A DNA stretch of 53,857 nt from Candidatus Jorgensenbacteria bacterium GW2011_GWB1_50_10 (GTDB lineage Bacteria > Patescibacteriota > Minisyncoccia > UBA6257 > GWB1-50-10): contig LCQK01000002.1 in NCBI GenBank assembly GCA_001004105.1, positions 141,419-195,275 on the forward strand. The letters run 5' to 3'. This document shows positions 18,201-25,395 of this stretch, piece by piece (within the stretch, counting starts at the first letter, position 1; each line of letters begins with the position of its first letter). Under the pieces are notes generated by a model that was not told the DNA's origin, did not search any database, and worked only from the letters and a program-made list of their open reading frames with translations. The translations under genes and the position numbers were made by a program.

Positions 18201-18800
18201 TTAAAGATTCTTAATATCTTTCACCAGTTCCGGGAAATCCGATTGGAGGAAATGCCCTCTTTTTTTGAAAACCCTCACGACGGCGCCGGGTAGGGCTTTC
18301 TTGTATTTTCCCAAGTGGGCAAACGGAACGACCTTGTCGTCCTTACTGTGATACAGGAAAATCCGGCCGCCCTGTTTTCTCAGCTTTTTCAAGCTCTCGG
18401 GGAGAGTAAAGCCGCCCAATGATTCGTCCAAACTTTTATCGTCATATGGCCCAGAAATCAAAAAAGTCGCCCGAACTTTCTTCGGAAACCTGTTTTCCGA
18501 CAGATATTTTGCCAAAAATATCGCTCCGAGGGAGTGACCAATTAAAATGACTTTGTTTCTTAGGGCTCGCGCGATTTTTCCGAACAGAATTTTCCATTCC
18601 TCGTACCTCGCGTTCATCGGGTTCGGCATTTTCAGCAAGAGAACGTCGAATCCCCGACCGAGCTTTATTCCTAGAGAATTAGCCCACTTTTCGCCCCGGT
18701 ATCTGTCCAAATCAACTTTCAGTTTTTTCAAAAACGACAAATAATCCTTGTATGAGTCAAAAGTCGTCCCGCCGTGAATCATCAACACCTGTTTTTTCAT
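18201..18800 (-). CDS. Alpha/beta hydrolase (YdeN/RBBP9-like serine hydrolase)
   Basis: 199 aa with the nucleophile elbow GHSLG, a late Asp (SKDDKVVP) and His (RGHF). Confidence 0.65.
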   Translation of the reverse strand: MKKQVLMIHGGTTFDSYKDYLSFLKKLKVDLDRYRGEKWANSLGIKLGRGFDVLLLKMPNPMNARYEEWKILFGKIARALRNKVILIGHSLGAIFLAKYLSENRFPKKVRATFLISGPYDDKSLDESLGGFTLPESLKKLRKQGGRIFLYHSKDDKVVPFAHLGKYKKALPGAVVRVFKKRGHFLQSDFPELVKDIKNL

Positions 18801-18843
18801 AAACCCATTCTACCTCAAAACCTTTTATAGAGGGAAGTAACCG

Positions 18844-18865
18844 GAACAATTCCATAGAATTGTTC
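18844..18865. repeat. Palindrome GAACAATTC-CATA-GAATTGTTC
   Basis: 9-bp perfect arms, just downstream of the ArsR gene 18876-19154. A sister copy lies at 19186-19207. Confidence 0.8.
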
Positions 18866-18875
18866 AATGAACTTT

Positions 18876-19154
18876 TTATTTAAAGACGTTAGCCAAAATT
18901 CTACGGAAATCTTTCGGCATCTGGGGATTGAGTGAATAAAACACATGACCAGCAGAACCTTGGAATTCCAAAACATCTAAATTTCTAAGCATGGCTAAAT
19001 GGTTTGATGTGGCCTTGAAAGAAATATTCAAACTCTCTGCAATGTCCCCTACGTTCATCTTGCCGCCGTCAGAGAGTATCTTTATTATTTTCAGCCGATT
19101 GATATTAGCCAGGGCCCGAAAAATTAAGGTCCATCTTTTCATATTTTTTCGCAA
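18876..19154 (-). CDS. ArsR-family winged-helix transcriptional regulator
   Basis: 92 aa. FRALANINRLKIIKIL...MNVGDIAESLNISFKATSNHLAMLRNLDVL is an ArsR/SmtB-type HTH. Confidence 0.75.
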   Translation of the reverse strand: MRKNMKRWTLIFRALANINRLKIIKILSDGGKMNVGDIAESLNISFKATSNHLAMLRNLDVLEFQGSAGHVFYSLNPQMPKDFRRILANVFK

Positions 19155-19185
19155 CTTATTATAATTATAATATTATAACACCATA

Positions 19186-19207
19186 GGACAATTCTATGGA
19201 ATTGTTC
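19186..19207. promoter_or_regulatory. Imperfect palindrome GGACAATTC-TATG-GAATTGTTC upstream of the ArsR gene (candidate operator)
   Basis: One mismatch between the arms. Lies 32-53 nt upstream of the ArsR start at 19154. Confidence 0.45.
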
Positions 19208-19220
19208 AATGAGGATTATT

Positions 19221-19547
19221 CTAATTTTTGGTGGCTAAGCTAACCCATTCCGTGAAAACCTCCCGGTCTTCCAGAATTTCTTCCGGCACAGACCAGTAAG
19301 GGAGTTTGACTGGCTCCGGGTGGCTTTTTTTAACGTAATCAAACTGCTTGCCGCCTTTTTCCTCAAATACCCGGCTAGTTTCTTTGTTTCCTTTGAAATA
19401 CAAATCGCTATCAATTATGAACGCAAAAATTTTGCCGTTCTTGTAGATTCCCCACCCGGAGAACATCGGCCGCGAAACAACACCGTCTATCCCGCCCAAA
19501 AGGTCGTAGAGGACGTAGTCGTGAAAGCTCTTATCGCGTTTTAGCAT
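19221..19547 (-). CDS. TfoX N-terminal domain protein
   Basis: 108 aa. VVSRPMFSGWGIYKNGKIFAFIIDSDLYFK matches the TfoX_N pattern. The stop codon sits inside a junction-motif copy (GCCACCAAAAATTAG). Confidence 0.65.
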   Translation of the reverse strand: MLKRDKSFHDYVLYDLLGGIDGVVSRPMFSGWGIYKNGKIFAFIIDSDLYFKGNKETSRVFEEKGGKQFDYVKKSHPEPVKLPYWSVPEEILEDREVFTEWVSLATKN

Positions 19548-19554
19548 TAACTTA

Positions 19555-19575
19555 TCTCTCCTAATTTTTTGGTGG
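19555..19575 (-). repeat. Junction motif copy (CCACCAAAAAATTAGGAGAGA)
   Basis: Minus strand: CCACCAAAAAATTAGGAGAGATAAGTTA-ATG (TfoX start). Here GGAGAG is at Shine-Dalgarno distance from the ATG. Confidence 0.8.
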
Positions 19576-19591
19576 TACTCTTAAATATAAC

Positions 19592-19623
19592 ATGGCCCGG
19601 GAAACCTGCGTTTCCCGGGCCAT
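19592..19623 (-). terminator. Strong hairpin after the thioesterase gene
   Basis: ATGGCCCGGGAAAC-GCAG-GTTTCCCGGGCCAT (14-bp stem) followed by GUUAUAUUU on the minus strand. Confidence 0.5.
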
Positions 19624-19636
19624 ATTTTCCTCCAAG

Positions 19637-20008
19637 CTACTTGAGCTTTGCCCGGATTTCGTCGGGAATCCGAGCCGGGCCTTCGCTCGTCGTGAGGACC
19701 ACGACGAGCTTCATCTCCGCCGCGACCACGCCGTCTTTGGTGGCCGCCTGGTAATAGGTTATGCTCGTGTTGCCGACGGAAACCTCGGTCGTGATTTCCA
19801 CCTCGTCGCCTTCGCGAAGCTCCTGGTGATAAGCAACCTCCATGAGCTTCACGGGGCTTCGCAGGCCGAACAGCTGCTCAATCGCGGCAAAACCGATGCC
19901 GCGCTCGTTCATGAACGCGTCCTGAGCCGGCTCGAACAAACGCGGGTAGGCCTTGTAGTTCTTGTGGCAGTATTCATCAATATCCGAGCCATCGACGACG
20001 ACTTTCAT
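19637..20008 (-). CDS. Hotdog-fold acyl-CoA thioesterase-like protein
   Basis: 123 aa. Size and pattern fit the 4HBT/YbgC-like family, but the assignment is weak. Confidence 0.45.
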   Translation of the reverse strand: MKVVVDGSDIDEYCHKNYKAYPRLFEPAQDAFMNERGIGFAAIEQLFGLRSPVKLMEVAYHQELREGDEVEITTEVSVGNTSITYYQAATKDGVVAAEMKLVVVLTTSEGPARIPDEIRAKLK

Positions 20009-20063
20009 AGAAACCTCCGTATCTACCGGTTACACTAGGATGTGCCTGATTGCGATGTTCCAA

Positions 20064-20092
20064 ATACAAAAAAGCACATTATGTGCTTTTGG
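20064..20092 (-). terminator. Intrinsic terminator downstream of the ArsR-like gene and a junction motif
   Basis: Minus strand: AAAAGCACA-UAA-UGUGCUUUU followed by UUGUAUUU. Confidence 0.6.
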
Positions 20093-20102
20093 TCAATTAA
20101 TT

Positions 20103-20122
20103 ACTCTCCTAATTTTTGGTGA
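20103..20122 (-). repeat. Junction motif copy (TCACCAAAAATTAGGAGAGT)
   Basis: Same orientation as the other copies. Followed by a terminator rather than by a start codon. Confidence 0.8.
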
Positions 20123-20131
20123 TTGTTTTCT

Positions 20132-20169
20132 ACAATATTCTAACATTCTTAAGAATGTTAGAATATTGT
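20132..20169. repeat. 38-bp perfect palindrome ACAATATTCTAACATTCTT|AAGAATGTTAGAATATTGT
   Basis: Checked base by base. Overlaps the last codons and stop of the wHTH gene 20158-20424. Confidence 0.9.
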
Positions 20170-20424
20170 CATAAACTTGAAGAAAGATTCGCCGTAAGGC
20201 GAGAGCGTGTGGGTCACTTGCCGACCTTGATATCTTTTGTTCAAAAGACCAGCCTGGACTAACCGGCGAGTATGCTGGGAAATATTTTTGAAATCAGCGC
20301 CAAGCTCATCGGCAAGTCCCTCAACGGAAATCCCTTCGTTTCTTTCAACCGTCAACAAAATGGCTATCCGCCAGTGATTAGCTGCTCCTTTGAAATATCG
20401 TTCAAGTTGTTTGGGTGTCTTCAT
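20158..20424 (-). CDS. ArsR-like winged-helix transcriptional regulator
   Basis: 88 aa. GAANHWRIAILLTV...SVEGLADELGADFKNISQHTRRLVQAGLL is HTH-like. Confidence 0.65.
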   Translation of the reverse strand: MKTPKQLERYFKGAANHWRIAILLTVERNEGISVEGLADELGADFKNISQHTRRLVQAGLLNKRYQGRQVTHTLSPYGESFFKFMTIF

Positions 20425-20447
20425 ATCTTTCTATTTTGTCATTGTAC

Positions 20448-20487
20448 CACAACACTCCAACATTCTATAGAATGTTGGAGTGTTGTG
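20448..20487. repeat. 40-bp perfect palindrome CACAACACTCCAACATTCTA|TAGAATGTTGGAGTGTTGTG
   Basis: Checked base by base. Lies between the start of the wHTH gene and the 3' end of the DUF559 gene. Confidence 0.9.
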
Positions 20488-20527
20488 ATATACTCCCCCT
20501 TGAATACAATGAAGTCTCCGGCGGTTG

Positions 20528-21262
20528 TTAGCGAGCGGCTTTTTGAATTTTCCTCAAGCAGGCCTCCGCGTTCTCAATAATCTCCCGTTCCTTAAGGCGG
20601 ATGACCCGCCAGCCGGCTCGCCGGAGACAAAAATCTTTCACTCTGTCCCGGCGCTTCTGGAGTTTGCCGGCATGAGCCTTTTTATTATCGCATTCAATGG
20701 CCAGACGCCGGTTGCGGCGGACAATCGCAAAATCCAGGCGAAAACGTTTGCCGCAGGCGGAAACCGGAAATTCCGATAGGGCTTTAATGCCCCAGCGCCG
20801 GAGACAGCGGCCGATAATCTCCTCAGTCGGCATAATGTCGTAGAGCTCCAAAATATTCCGGCTTGAGAGCAGGTTTTTCAAAGTTGTGAAACCGAAAGAA
20901 ACGCGGCGGGGAACGATGTTCCTCACGGGCCGCGGCAGTTTCTTTAGTTCCTTAAATTCGAGTTTCAGGTAATCATCTTTGGCCCGCGGATGACCGATTC
21001 CTTCTGGCAGAAGTTTAATCCTCTTATAAACTTTCCGCCGGGAGACCCTAGCATAGTATTCTATTCTTTTGCCGTGCCGGCCAAAAACCGCCGGCTGGTA
21101 GAAAGCAACGTATTTAAATTTCCGTTTGGGCAGGAAAGCAAGGGGAATTCGGTACCAGCGCTCACAAAAAAGGATACGCCGGTCGCTCCTGCTCTTCAAA
21201 ACACTGACCAAAACGTTTTTATTATTCAACTTCTTTTTAACCATCACGGCTCGCCTTTTCAT
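20528..21262 (-). CDS. DUF559 (Vsr/PD-(D/E)xK-like) endonuclease-domain protein with unknown N-terminal domain
   Basis: C-terminus FRLDFAIVRRNRRLAIECDNKKAHAGKLQKRRDRVKDFCLRRAGWRVIRL fits the DUF559 pattern. Start moved to the ATG at 21262 (MKRRAV...), because the track start at 21280 lies inside a palindrome. Confidence 0.65.
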   Translation of the reverse strand: MKRRAVMVKKKLNNKNVLVSVLKSRSDRRILFCERWYRIPLAFLPKRKFKYVAFYQPAVFGRHGKRIEYYARVSRRKVYKRIKLLPEGIGHPRAKDDYLKLEFKELKKLPRPVRNIVPRRVSFGFTTLKNLLSSRNILELYDIMPTEEIIGRCLRRWGIKALSEFPVSACGKRFRLDFAIVRRNRRLAIECDNKKAHAGKLQKRRDRVKDFCLRRAGWRVIRLKEREIIENAEACLRKIQKAAR

Positions 21263-21264
21263 TT

Positions 21265-21304
21265 CACAACATTCCAACATTCTATAGAATGTTGGAATGT
21301 TGTG
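21265..21304. repeat. 40-bp perfect palindrome CACAACATTCCAACATTCTA|TAGAATGTTGGAATGTTGTG
   Basis: Differs from 20448-20487 only at a symmetric pair of positions (C>T and G>A), so the dyad stays perfect. Confidence 0.9.
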
Positions 21305-21319
21305 GTGCTTTAAGGATAA

Positions 21320-22630
21320 CTAATCACTGGGGATTAGTCTTTTAAATCGGGAACGGATCCCTCCGGTTTGTCTGCCAAGTTCTTTTGCCAGCACTGTTTC
21401 TTCCGATTTTCTTTGCAGTTCGGCATCAAACTCTAAAATTTCCGGGTGGACCTCAAGAGATTTTTCGTTAAACCCAAGAAGCTTCATTCCGTCAAGCGTT
21501 CGAACTCTTGAGAGCGCCACGTACCCCATACCTCTTTCAAAAGCGGCCGATAGATCAATCAAGGCGGCATCCAGCGTAATTCCCTGACTTTTGTGAATGG
21601 TAATCGCCCAAGCGAGACGGAGCGGAATTTGAGTAATTTTGGCGAGCCGTTTGCCGTTTTCCTCAACCATCCAGCTCTCCGGAGAAACACTGATATTTCT
21701 GCCTTTTAGGGTGATTACTCTGGGGTGGCCTTCTTCACTAAAGCCGACCACCCGGCCAAGCGTCCCATTCGCATATCCTTTCTCAAAATTGTTTTTAACG
21801 AACATTACTACGGCATCTTTTTTCAAAACTAAATTTTCGGGGGCGAGGCAACCGTTTTTCAAGGACTGTACAATGGCGGGAACACCGTGTGTTTCCATCC
21901 GATAATTTACCTCCTCTCCCGGCAAGCGCTGAAGTTCACGGAAGTTCTCCGCATCCACATCGGCGTTGTGCGAATAAAGTTTGGTAACGCGCCCGTTTGG
22001 CAAGTTCGCGTCGCACCGTCCGCGCAGACGGATTCTTATACTTTCATTAACCTCCGTGCGCCGAATGGCATTTAACACTTCGGAAAGTTTTTCGTCTCCA
22101 TGCCGGTGTTGCTCGTCAAGGTAACAAACTTTAAGACCAAGTTCTTCCCAAGCCGTAGAACGATACGCAAACTGCGGCGGGGGCTCATTTTCGTTCGCAA
22201 CCGGCGGGAGTTGAAAAAAATCGCCGCAGAGCACCACCTGCATTCCGCCAAAGGGTTCTTTGCCTCTCACGGCTCTTGCCACCCTATCAACCAATGAGAG
22301 GCGAGCCGCATCAAGCATGGAAACCTCGTCAATAATAAGCGTCTCGGTTTTGGCAAGACGCTTGGCAACCCTGCGGTTTGCCGCAAACATCCTAACTTCT
22401 TTATCTGAAGCGGTGCGTGAAATCCCGATTCCCGCCCAGGAGTGGATTGTAATTCCGCCAAGATGCGTGGCGGCAATGCCGGTTGAGGCGGTAATCCCGA
22501 CGTCGGTTTTTTTCTTCCGCAAGAACTCAATGTATTCGTTTAGAAGGTAAGTTTTTCCGCTGCCGGCGGCTCCGGTAAGATAAACGTTGTGGCCGGCTTT
22601 TAAAATTTCAAAAGCTTCTTTTTGAGTCAT
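21320..22630 (-). CDS. PIF1/RecD-like (SF1B) ATP-dependent DNA helicase
   Basis: 436 aa. Walker A GAAGSGKTY, Walker B LIIDEVSM, a CGDFFQLPPV motif and the C-terminal AITIHKSQG...YVALSR. Confidence 0.8.
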   Translation of the reverse strand: MTQKEAFEILKAGHNVYLTGAAGSGKTYLLNEYIEFLRKKKTDVGITASTGIAATHLGGITIHSWAGIGISRTASDKEVRMFAANRRVAKRLAKTETLIIDEVSMLDAARLSLVDRVARAVRGKEPFGGMQVVLCGDFFQLPPVANENEPPPQFAYRSTAWEELGLKVCYLDEQHRHGDEKLSEVLNAIRRTEVNESIRIRLRGRCDANLPNGRVTKLYSHNADVDAENFRELQRLPGEEVNYRMETHGVPAIVQSLKNGCLAPENLVLKKDAVVMFVKNNFEKGYANGTLGRVVGFSEEGHPRVITLKGRNISVSPESWMVEENGKRLAKITQIPLRLAWAITIHKSQGITLDAALIDLSAAFERGMGYVALSRVRTLDGMKLLGFNEKSLEVHPEILEFDAELQRKSEETVLAKELGRQTGGIRSRFKRLIPSD

Positions 22631-22637
22631 AAATCTA

Positions 22638-23045
22638 TTCTCCTAATTATATCTCAAAGAAAAAACGGCGCCGTTTTGATTACGGCGCCGCGGCGCGAAC
22701 TCTGGTTTCATGCGTCATCTCCTCCCGAATTCAAACGTTACCCTGTTTGCGGGCACGGTGTTTGATATCTTGGAGGAGAGTTTCGCCAGCACTTCATGGC
22801 CGGGGAACGGTCCCGAGAGCATCACGATTGGGGTGTAGGTCTTGGCATCACCCTGGACCCCGGCCGAGAAGATGCCCTCCGGGACTTCAACGGCAAGACC
22901 GTGCGGTCCTGGTGCACGTCAGACCAATCCCAGTCGCTGGGCTTGAATTCAAACGGCATTTATTCCTCTCTTCTGGGTACTAATTATCTTTTACTCCCCG
23001 CAGTGAGAAAAATCAATCCTAATCTACTCTCCTAATTTTTTGGCG
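22638..23045 (-). repeat. GC-rich ~410-bp repeated element, copy 1 (frameshifted small ORF or structured RNA, plus own terminator)
   Basis: Near-identical to 25921-26340. On the minus strand it has a junction motif, SD+ATG (22959) MPFEFKPSDWDWSDVHQ..., then a second frame GLAVEVPEGIFSAGVQGDAKTYTPIVMLSGPFPGHEVLAKLSSKISNTVPANRVTFEFGRR-stop (22715). A terminator GGCGCCGU-AAUCAAA-ACGGCGCC+GUUUUUUC follows (22655-22690). Confidence 0.85.
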
Positions 23046-23064
23046 AGCAGGTTCTGTTTATCAA

Positions 23065-23298
23065 CTATCCTCTTAACCATTCTGCTTGAGAAATCCCTGA
23101 CTGACGAATGATGCCTTTTAAGGTGCGCGGTTTTAGAGTTCTTGAACCGTGAAAGGGCACACATACCTGCCGAAAAGCGCCGCCGGCGTGACCGGCATAA
23201 AAATAATGACTCCCTTTCGTATGGTTTAAACGGAAATCGTGCGCCTTCAAAAAACGCACGACGTCTTCAGCCGTCCAATTATGTAGGCCTCTCGGCAT
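23065..23298 (-). CDS. hicA: HicA-family mRNA interferase toxin
   Basis: 77 aa. VVRFLKAHDFRLNHTKGSHYFY...VPFHGSRTLKPRTLKGIIRQSG fits YcfA/HicA. The gene is 1 nt downstream of the HicB-like ORF. Confidence 0.75.
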   Translation of the reverse strand: MPRGLHNWTAEDVVRFLKAHDFRLNHTKGSHYFYAGHAGGAFRQVCVPFHGSRTLKPRTLKGIIRQSGISQAEWLRG

Positions 23299-23299
23299 A

Positions 23300-23632
23300 T
23301 TACGCCGGCACCAAAGCCCGACCGCCCAGAATGTTCATCCTTCCGGCAAAAAATACCGAATTCGGCTGCCGCTTCGCTTGTATGCTGCCACGCCACTTTT
23401 CTTCGTATTCCCTGTCCACAGCTTGATTCAAAATGTGCGGCCGTGCCTTAGTTTTCTTGGCGGATTCCAAATACCCCTGCACCGCTTCAAAAAGAAGGAG
23501 CATTGCCTCCCGGGACGTATCTCCTGTTTCCACGATATTGAATTCCAAAGCAACCGCGTACCAAACGCCTGCTTCCCTAAACACCAAAATACGAACCGAA
23601 CCCCTCTGTAAGGTATTCTTGTACTTAGCCAT
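23300..23632 (-). CDS. hicB: HicB-like antitoxin
   Basis: 110 aa. ILVFREAGVWYAVALEFNIVETGDTSREAMLLLFEAVQGYLE has a HicB/UPF0150-like fold signature and is paired with hicA. Confidence 0.6.
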   Translation of the reverse strand: MAKYKNTLQRGSVRILVFREAGVWYAVALEFNIVETGDTSREAMLLLFEAVQGYLESAKKTKARPHILNQAVDREYEEKWRGSIQAKRQPNSVFFAGRMNILGGRALVPA

Positions 23633-23638
23633 AGTTAC

Positions 23639-23668
23639 ATTATAAACATATCAAGAGAAATTAATCAA
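23639..23668 (-). promoter_or_regulatory. Putative promoter giving a leaderless hicB transcript
   Basis: Minus strand: TTGATT-18 nt-TATAAT, then only 6 nt (GTAACT) before the ATG at 23632. Confidence 0.4.
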
Positions 23669-23678
23669 AAAACCTAGG

Positions 23679-23699
23679 TTTCTCCTAATTTTTTGGTGG
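23679..23699 (-). repeat. Junction motif copy (CCACCAAAAAATTAGGAGAAA)
   Basis: Begins 11 nt after the glycosylase stop. Followed by the mini-hairpin AACCTAGGTT plus a T-run. Confidence 0.8.
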
Positions 23700-23709
23700 T
23701 TACAATTCA

Positions 23710-24678
23710 TTATAACCTTATCTCTTTTTCCAGCCACGGGATTTTTTCGTTCTTTCTCCTCCAAAAAACGTCTTCCCAAATGTAATGAACCGCAAGCATT
23801 GAATATTTGCCGTATCGCTTCAGAATGTCATCGCGAATTTTCTTCGCAGGCACCGACTTCTTTCCATAAAACAATCTGGAATATATTTTCTGCTGCCACG
23901 GGGCGATATGCTCAAAAGTATCGTAATGGTGGTAGGCCTCAAAAAGAAGAATGCGGGCGGTTTCCGGCCCCACACCATAAAGTTTCATTAATGCTTCCTT
24001 TGTGCTTTCCTTATCAAGCTGGCGGAGTTTATACTCATCAACTCTCCTACTGGTAAAATCATGCGAAAGGCGTCTGATGAATTTGGCGCGATAACCGACT
24101 TTCAAATCTCGGAGTTTCTGCTCCGAAACTTCTTCCAAATCTTCGGGAAGCCAAATTGCCCAAAGTTTCTTCTTATCAAATTCAATTTTTGTCCCGAATT
24201 TCCCGAGGAGAGCATCCAGCATCTGCTGACTTCGCCGGACCGTGGTATTTTGGAGAACGATGGCAATAATAAGGAGTTCGTAAAGAGTGTATTGGCTCGC
24301 GTTCCTCATGCCCAGCCATTTTTTGAAAATCGGATAAAATCGCCTGTCTTTCCTAGCAAGACCGTTAAATTCCTTCAAGTCAGCGTATAGTTCAAAACGC
24401 CACGCTATCTCATTTTTCAATTGCTCTACTTCCTTGTCCGTAAAATCTCTGTTTGAATAAAATAAGACTTTCAGTTTTGGCTTTGCCACCGTTCCGGCAT
24501 TTTCTATTTTCAAGCCATAAAGTCTTTTGCCAAAGCGTAATCCCTGCCAATATTTGCCGGGTTCCCAATCATCAAGCTTCAATTTATTGGGAAAATGTGA
24601 CGGCTTATGAAAAGTCCCGTCAAAATGAAAAGGCGCTTTTGGAGCAATATTAAAATTTCTCTTGTGACTTAACTTCAT
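23710..24678 (-). CDS. HhH-GPD superfamily DNA glycosylase (AlkA/Ogg-like)
   Basis: 322 aa with the helix-hairpin-helix LMKLYGVGPETARILLFEA followed by an Asp-containing segment. Confidence 0.6.
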   Translation of the reverse strand: MKLSHKRNFNIAPKAPFHFDGTFHKPSHFPNKLKLDDWEPGKYWQGLRFGKRLYGLKIENAGTVAKPKLKVLFYSNRDFTDKEVEQLKNEIAWRFELYADLKEFNGLARKDRRFYPIFKKWLGMRNASQYTLYELLIIAIVLQNTTVRRSQQMLDALLGKFGTKIEFDKKKLWAIWLPEDLEEVSEQKLRDLKVGYRAKFIRRLSHDFTSRRVDEYKLRQLDKESTKEALMKLYGVGPETARILLFEAYHHYDTFEHIAPWQQKIYSRLFYGKKSVPAKKIRDDILKRYGKYSMLAVHYIWEDVFWRRKNEKIPWLEKEIRL

Positions 24679-25304
24679 TAAAGTTTTACCTCTTCGCCCT
24701 CACCTACTAAGGTATATAAATCGTTTTCAACTAAAATTGCTTGTCCGTCTCGTAAAATTCTTACGGGATGCGATGCTGTCTTTATCTTTTCCCTAAATAA
24801 ATTTTCCAATTCATCTTTATAATGTACTTTCAAGAGAAAGGGTACGAGGTTTAATCCAGTAAAATCAGTTAATCCATAGTCATCTTTTTTATCTGGTCCC
24901 CACGTTGAGGTTTCAATTGTAGGGCATACTATGTACGCGCCCGCGCTCGTTCCGACATAGATAACGCCTCTTAAAACCAATTCTTTAAGAACTTTATCGC
25001 ATCCGCTTTCTTTGATAGCCTTCAGAAGGTAAAAAGTATTACCTCCCTCAACGTGGATAACGTTTTTCCCACTAAAAAGCGCGTCTAATTCATTCAAGCT
25101 TTTCCCTTCAACGTCCATCTCTTCAAAGTCTAGTCCATTTGCGTGCATGCTTTTTTTGTGGTTCTCCAGATAATTTAGATCTCGCGCCCCCTTCGAGGCG
25201 GTGGTGATATAAGCAATTCTAATATGATCTTTCGGGACTCCTAAAAGATCATAACCTTTTTCAATCAGAAATTTACCATTTGATGCAAGTAGAAGTTTTT
25301 TCAT
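24678..25304 (-). CDS. pepE: Peptidase E / S51-family dipeptidase-like protein
   Basis: 208 aa. GGNTFYLL and the nucleophile context VYVGTSAGA are typical of S51 peptidases. Confidence 0.65.
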   Translation of the reverse strand: MKKLLLASNGKFLIEKGYDLLGVPKDHIRIAYITTASKGARDLNYLENHKKSMHANGLDFEEMDVEGKSLNELDALFSGKNVIHVEGGNTFYLLKAIKESGCDKVLKELVLRGVIYVGTSAGAYIVCPTIETSTWGPDKKDDYGLTDFTGLNLVPFLLKVHYKDELENLFREKIKTASHPVRILRDGQAILVENDLYTLVGEGEEVKL

Positions 25305-25326
25305 ATCTTTTTAATTTTAAACACCT

Positions 25327-25346
25327 ACTCTCCTAATTTTTGGTGG
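25327..25346 (-). repeat. Junction motif copy (CCACCAAAAATTAGGAGAGT)
   Basis: GGAGAG lies about 25 nt upstream of the pepE ATG, too far for a simple ribosome-binding-site role. Confidence 0.8.
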
Positions 25347-25358
25347 TTTTCTTAATAT

Positions 25359-25392
25359 GACATTCTAACATTCTGCAGAATGTTAGAATGTC
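25359..25392. repeat. 34-bp perfect palindrome GACATTCTAACATTCTG|CAGAATGTTAGAATGTC
   Basis: Checked base by base. Shares the AACATTCT...AGAATGTT core with 20132, 20448 and 21265. Confidence 0.9.
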
Positions 25393-25395
25393 TAA

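Noticed and set aside
21263-21280. Upstream start (MLECCE…) for the DUF559 gene
   Set aside because: Those codons lie inside the 40-bp perfect palindrome. The ATG at 21262, directly after the dyad, is more plausible.
22715-22959. Programmed ribosomal frameshift joining the two coding-like frames of the GC-rich element
   Set aside because: The two copies would need shifts of opposite sign (-1 versus +1). No convincing slippery heptamer or prfB-like SD-CUU-UGA context sits at the right distance. I therefore report it only as an unresolved frameshifted ORF or RNA.
22747-23035. Plus-strand ORFs (78-79 aa) across GC-rich element copy 1
   Set aside because: The products are Arg/Pro/Gly-rich and low in complexity (…GRGTVPRASRLGCRSWHHPGPRPRRCPPG…). 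They lie antisense to the frame with coding-like third-position bias and have no SD. They are typical shadow ORFs of a GC-rich segment.
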